A stretch of 64,000 nt of DNA from an uncultured Verrucomicrobiae bacterium (GTDB taxonomy: Bacteria; Verrucomicrobiota; Verrucomicrobiia; Limisphaerales; Palsa-1400), in contig CAVPOM010000004.1 of assembly GCA_963707025.1 (NCBI GenBank), forward strand, positions 843,735 through 907,734. The letters run 5' to 3'. The notes under the pieces were generated by a model that was not told where the DNA came from, did no database searches, and saw only the letters and a list, made by a program, of their open reading frames with translations. Position 1 is the first letter of the stretch. Each line of letters starts with the position of its first letter. Below are positions 62,493-64,000 of this stretch, one piece after another. A program made the position numbers and the translations under genes.

Positions 62493-62582
62493 GTCGGCGG
62501 GCATGATACCTTGTGGTTAGAGGTAGTGTCAATCTCCAAAATCTTGACCGCACGGCCTGCCCGCCACAAACTCCGGTCCTGG

Positions 62583-63095
62583 ATGAGACCTTTTAAAGCC
62601 ATTGCCGCCATGAGCGAAAACCGCGTGATTGGTTGCGGCGGCAAAATCCCCTGGCATTTGCCCGAGGATTTCCGCTTTTTTCGCAAAATGACGCTGGGCA
62701 ACATCATCGTCATGGGCCGCAGAACCTTCCAGGCGATGGGCCGCCCTCTGCCGGACCGGCACACCATCGTGCTGTCCCGCCGCTTTAAAAAGACGGGGGA
62801 GATTCTCCCCCAGCCGGAATTGGGGTTGTTCAAGTGTGGGACCTTTGAGATCGCGTCCAAGCTGGAGAGAATTGATTATTCCAAGGACAAGCGCGAGATA
62901 TTTATTTGCGGCGGCGGACAGGTTTATGCCGAGGCGCTGCCCTTTTGCTCCGATCTTTTTCTAACCTGTGTCAAAAAAAATGTCGAAGGCGACACCTTTT
63001 TTCCCCCTTTCGAGGATCAATTTGAACTGGCCGCGGAAATCCTGGATGGACCGGAGTTCAAAATCCTGCACTACCGCAAGGCCGCGTTGGAATGA
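62583..63095 (+). CDS. folA: Dihydrofolate reductase
   Basis: IAAMSENRVIG, IPWHLPED, MGRRTF, RPLPDR, GGGQVY and GDTFFP. Confidence 0.96.
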   Translation: MRPFKAIAAMSENRVIGCGGKIPWHLPEDFRFFRKMTLGNIIVMGRRTFQAMGRPLPDRHTIVLSRRFKKTGEILPQPELGLFKCGTFEIASKLERIDYSKDKREIFICGGGQVYAEALPFCSDLFLTCVKKNVEGDTFFPPFEDQFELAAEILDGPEFKILHYRKAALE

Positions 63096-63194
63096 GACCA
63101 ATCGTCAGGAGTGGCCAAGTGGTGCAAAGGGGGGCGCAGCGGCCCGCCGCAAATTGCTCATCGGCCTGCCGGACGATTTGCCAAAGCAAATTAT

Positions 63195-63872
63195 ATGAAA
63201 AAAAACGAACAACCCAAGGCGAAGATTCAAATTACCAAGGACGGCCCTTACGTCGTGAGCGGAGACCTGCCACTCAGCGAACAGTGGATTGTCACCAATG
63301 CCGGGGGGGAATCGCTCGAATACCGGGAGGGAAAGAAATACCCGGCACAGCCGCAATATGCGCTTTGCCGCTGCGGCCAGTCCGCCGCCAAACCCTTCTG
63401 TGACGGCACGCACCACAAGGTCCATTTCGACGGCACGGAATCAGCCAGCCATCAGCCCTATCTGAAGCAAGCTGAGACGATTGCAGGCCCCGCCATGCTG
63501 CTCACCGACCAGGAGAACCTTTGCGCCTTCGCCCGGTTCTGCGATCCGAAAGGCAGGATTTGGAATCTGGTGAAAGAAACAGACAGCCCCGAAGCCCGGC
63601 GGCTGGTAAAACACGAAGCCGGCCATTGTCCCGCCGGGCGGCTGGTCGCTTGGGACCGGGAGACCGGCAAACCCGTGGAGCCGAAGTTTGAACCCTCGCT
63701 CGGACTCATTGAGGACACGGCCAAAAAGGTGAGCGGTCCGATTTGGGTGCGGGGAGGCATTCCGGTGGTTTCCGCCGCCGGCCAGACCTATGAGATTCGC
63801 AATCGAATGACCTTGTGCAGATGCGGCCGGTCGGACAACAAACCGTTTTGCGACGGAGCACACGCGGCCTGA
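63195..63872 (+). CDS. CDGSH iron-sulfur domain protein (two CDGSH motifs flanking a ferredoxin-like segment)
   Basis: LCRCGQSAAKPFCDGTH, CAFARFC...CPAG and LCRCGRSDNKPFCDGAH. Confidence 0.92.
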   Translation: MKKNEQPKAKIQITKDGPYVVSGDLPLSEQWIVTNAGGESLEYREGKKYPAQPQYALCRCGQSAAKPFCDGTHHKVHFDGTESASHQPYLKQAETIAGPAMLLTDQENLCAFARFCDPKGRIWNLVKETDSPEARRLVKHEAGHCPAGRLVAWDRETGKPVEPKFEPSLGLIEDTAKKVSGPIWVRGGIPVVSAAGQTYEIRNRMTLCRCGRSDNKPFCDGAHAA

Positions 63873-63924
63873 GGATGCGGGCTTGCCGCCGGCGCAATCT
63901 TGTATATATATGGCACCGGCGGTT

Positions 63925-64000
63925 GGAGAGGTGGCAGAGTGGTTTAACGCGCACGCCTGGAAAGCGTGAGTGCCTAAACAGCACCGGGGGTTCGAATCCC
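63925..64000 (+). tRNA. tRNA-Ser(GGA), 3' end cut by the window edge
   Basis: GGAGAGGTGGCAGAGTGG D-arm, anticodon arm CACGC-CTGGAAA-GCGTG, long variable arm and GGTTCGAATCCC. Confidence 0.95.

Noticed and set aside
1..64000. CRISPR array, prophage or integrase
   Set aside because: No regularly spaced repeat-spacer array and no phage or integrase genes seen. The region beyond the tRNA-Ser is outside the window.

Overview
GC-rich bacterial window, probably Verrucomicrobiota (Pedosphaera/Limisphaera-like). This assignment is inferred from the large lamin-tail/CotH proteins, the repeat families and the gene content. Housekeeping genes include dprA, hisB, trxB, pepF, feoAAB, trpD, sua5/tsaC, thyA, folA, hpnH/hpnJ and tRNA-Ser. 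The window also holds secreted glycoside hydrolases, an AmmeMemoRadiSam pair, a PIN toxin-antitoxin pair, one IS630 and many REP-like repeats. The most striking feature is a tightly coupled 5-gene operon at 3047-7842. It encodes a thymidylate-synthase paralogue with cytosine-type active-site residues (RGQD...D), a B12-dependent radical SAM enzyme, an NMP kinase, a Ham1(ITPase)-HIT fusion with altered specificity motifs and a SAM methyltransferase. It is followed by a divergent pyruvate-kinase-like gene, a VTC gene and a DUF4956 gene. Canonical thyA and folA are present elsewhere in the window, so this looks like an undescribed modified-nucleotide pathway (antimetabolite, antiphage nucleotide or base modification). 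Two zones (about 16.8-22.7 kb and 42.7-45.3 kb) are dense in frameshifts and are probably local assembly errors. All calls come from reading motifs by eye; no database searches were run.
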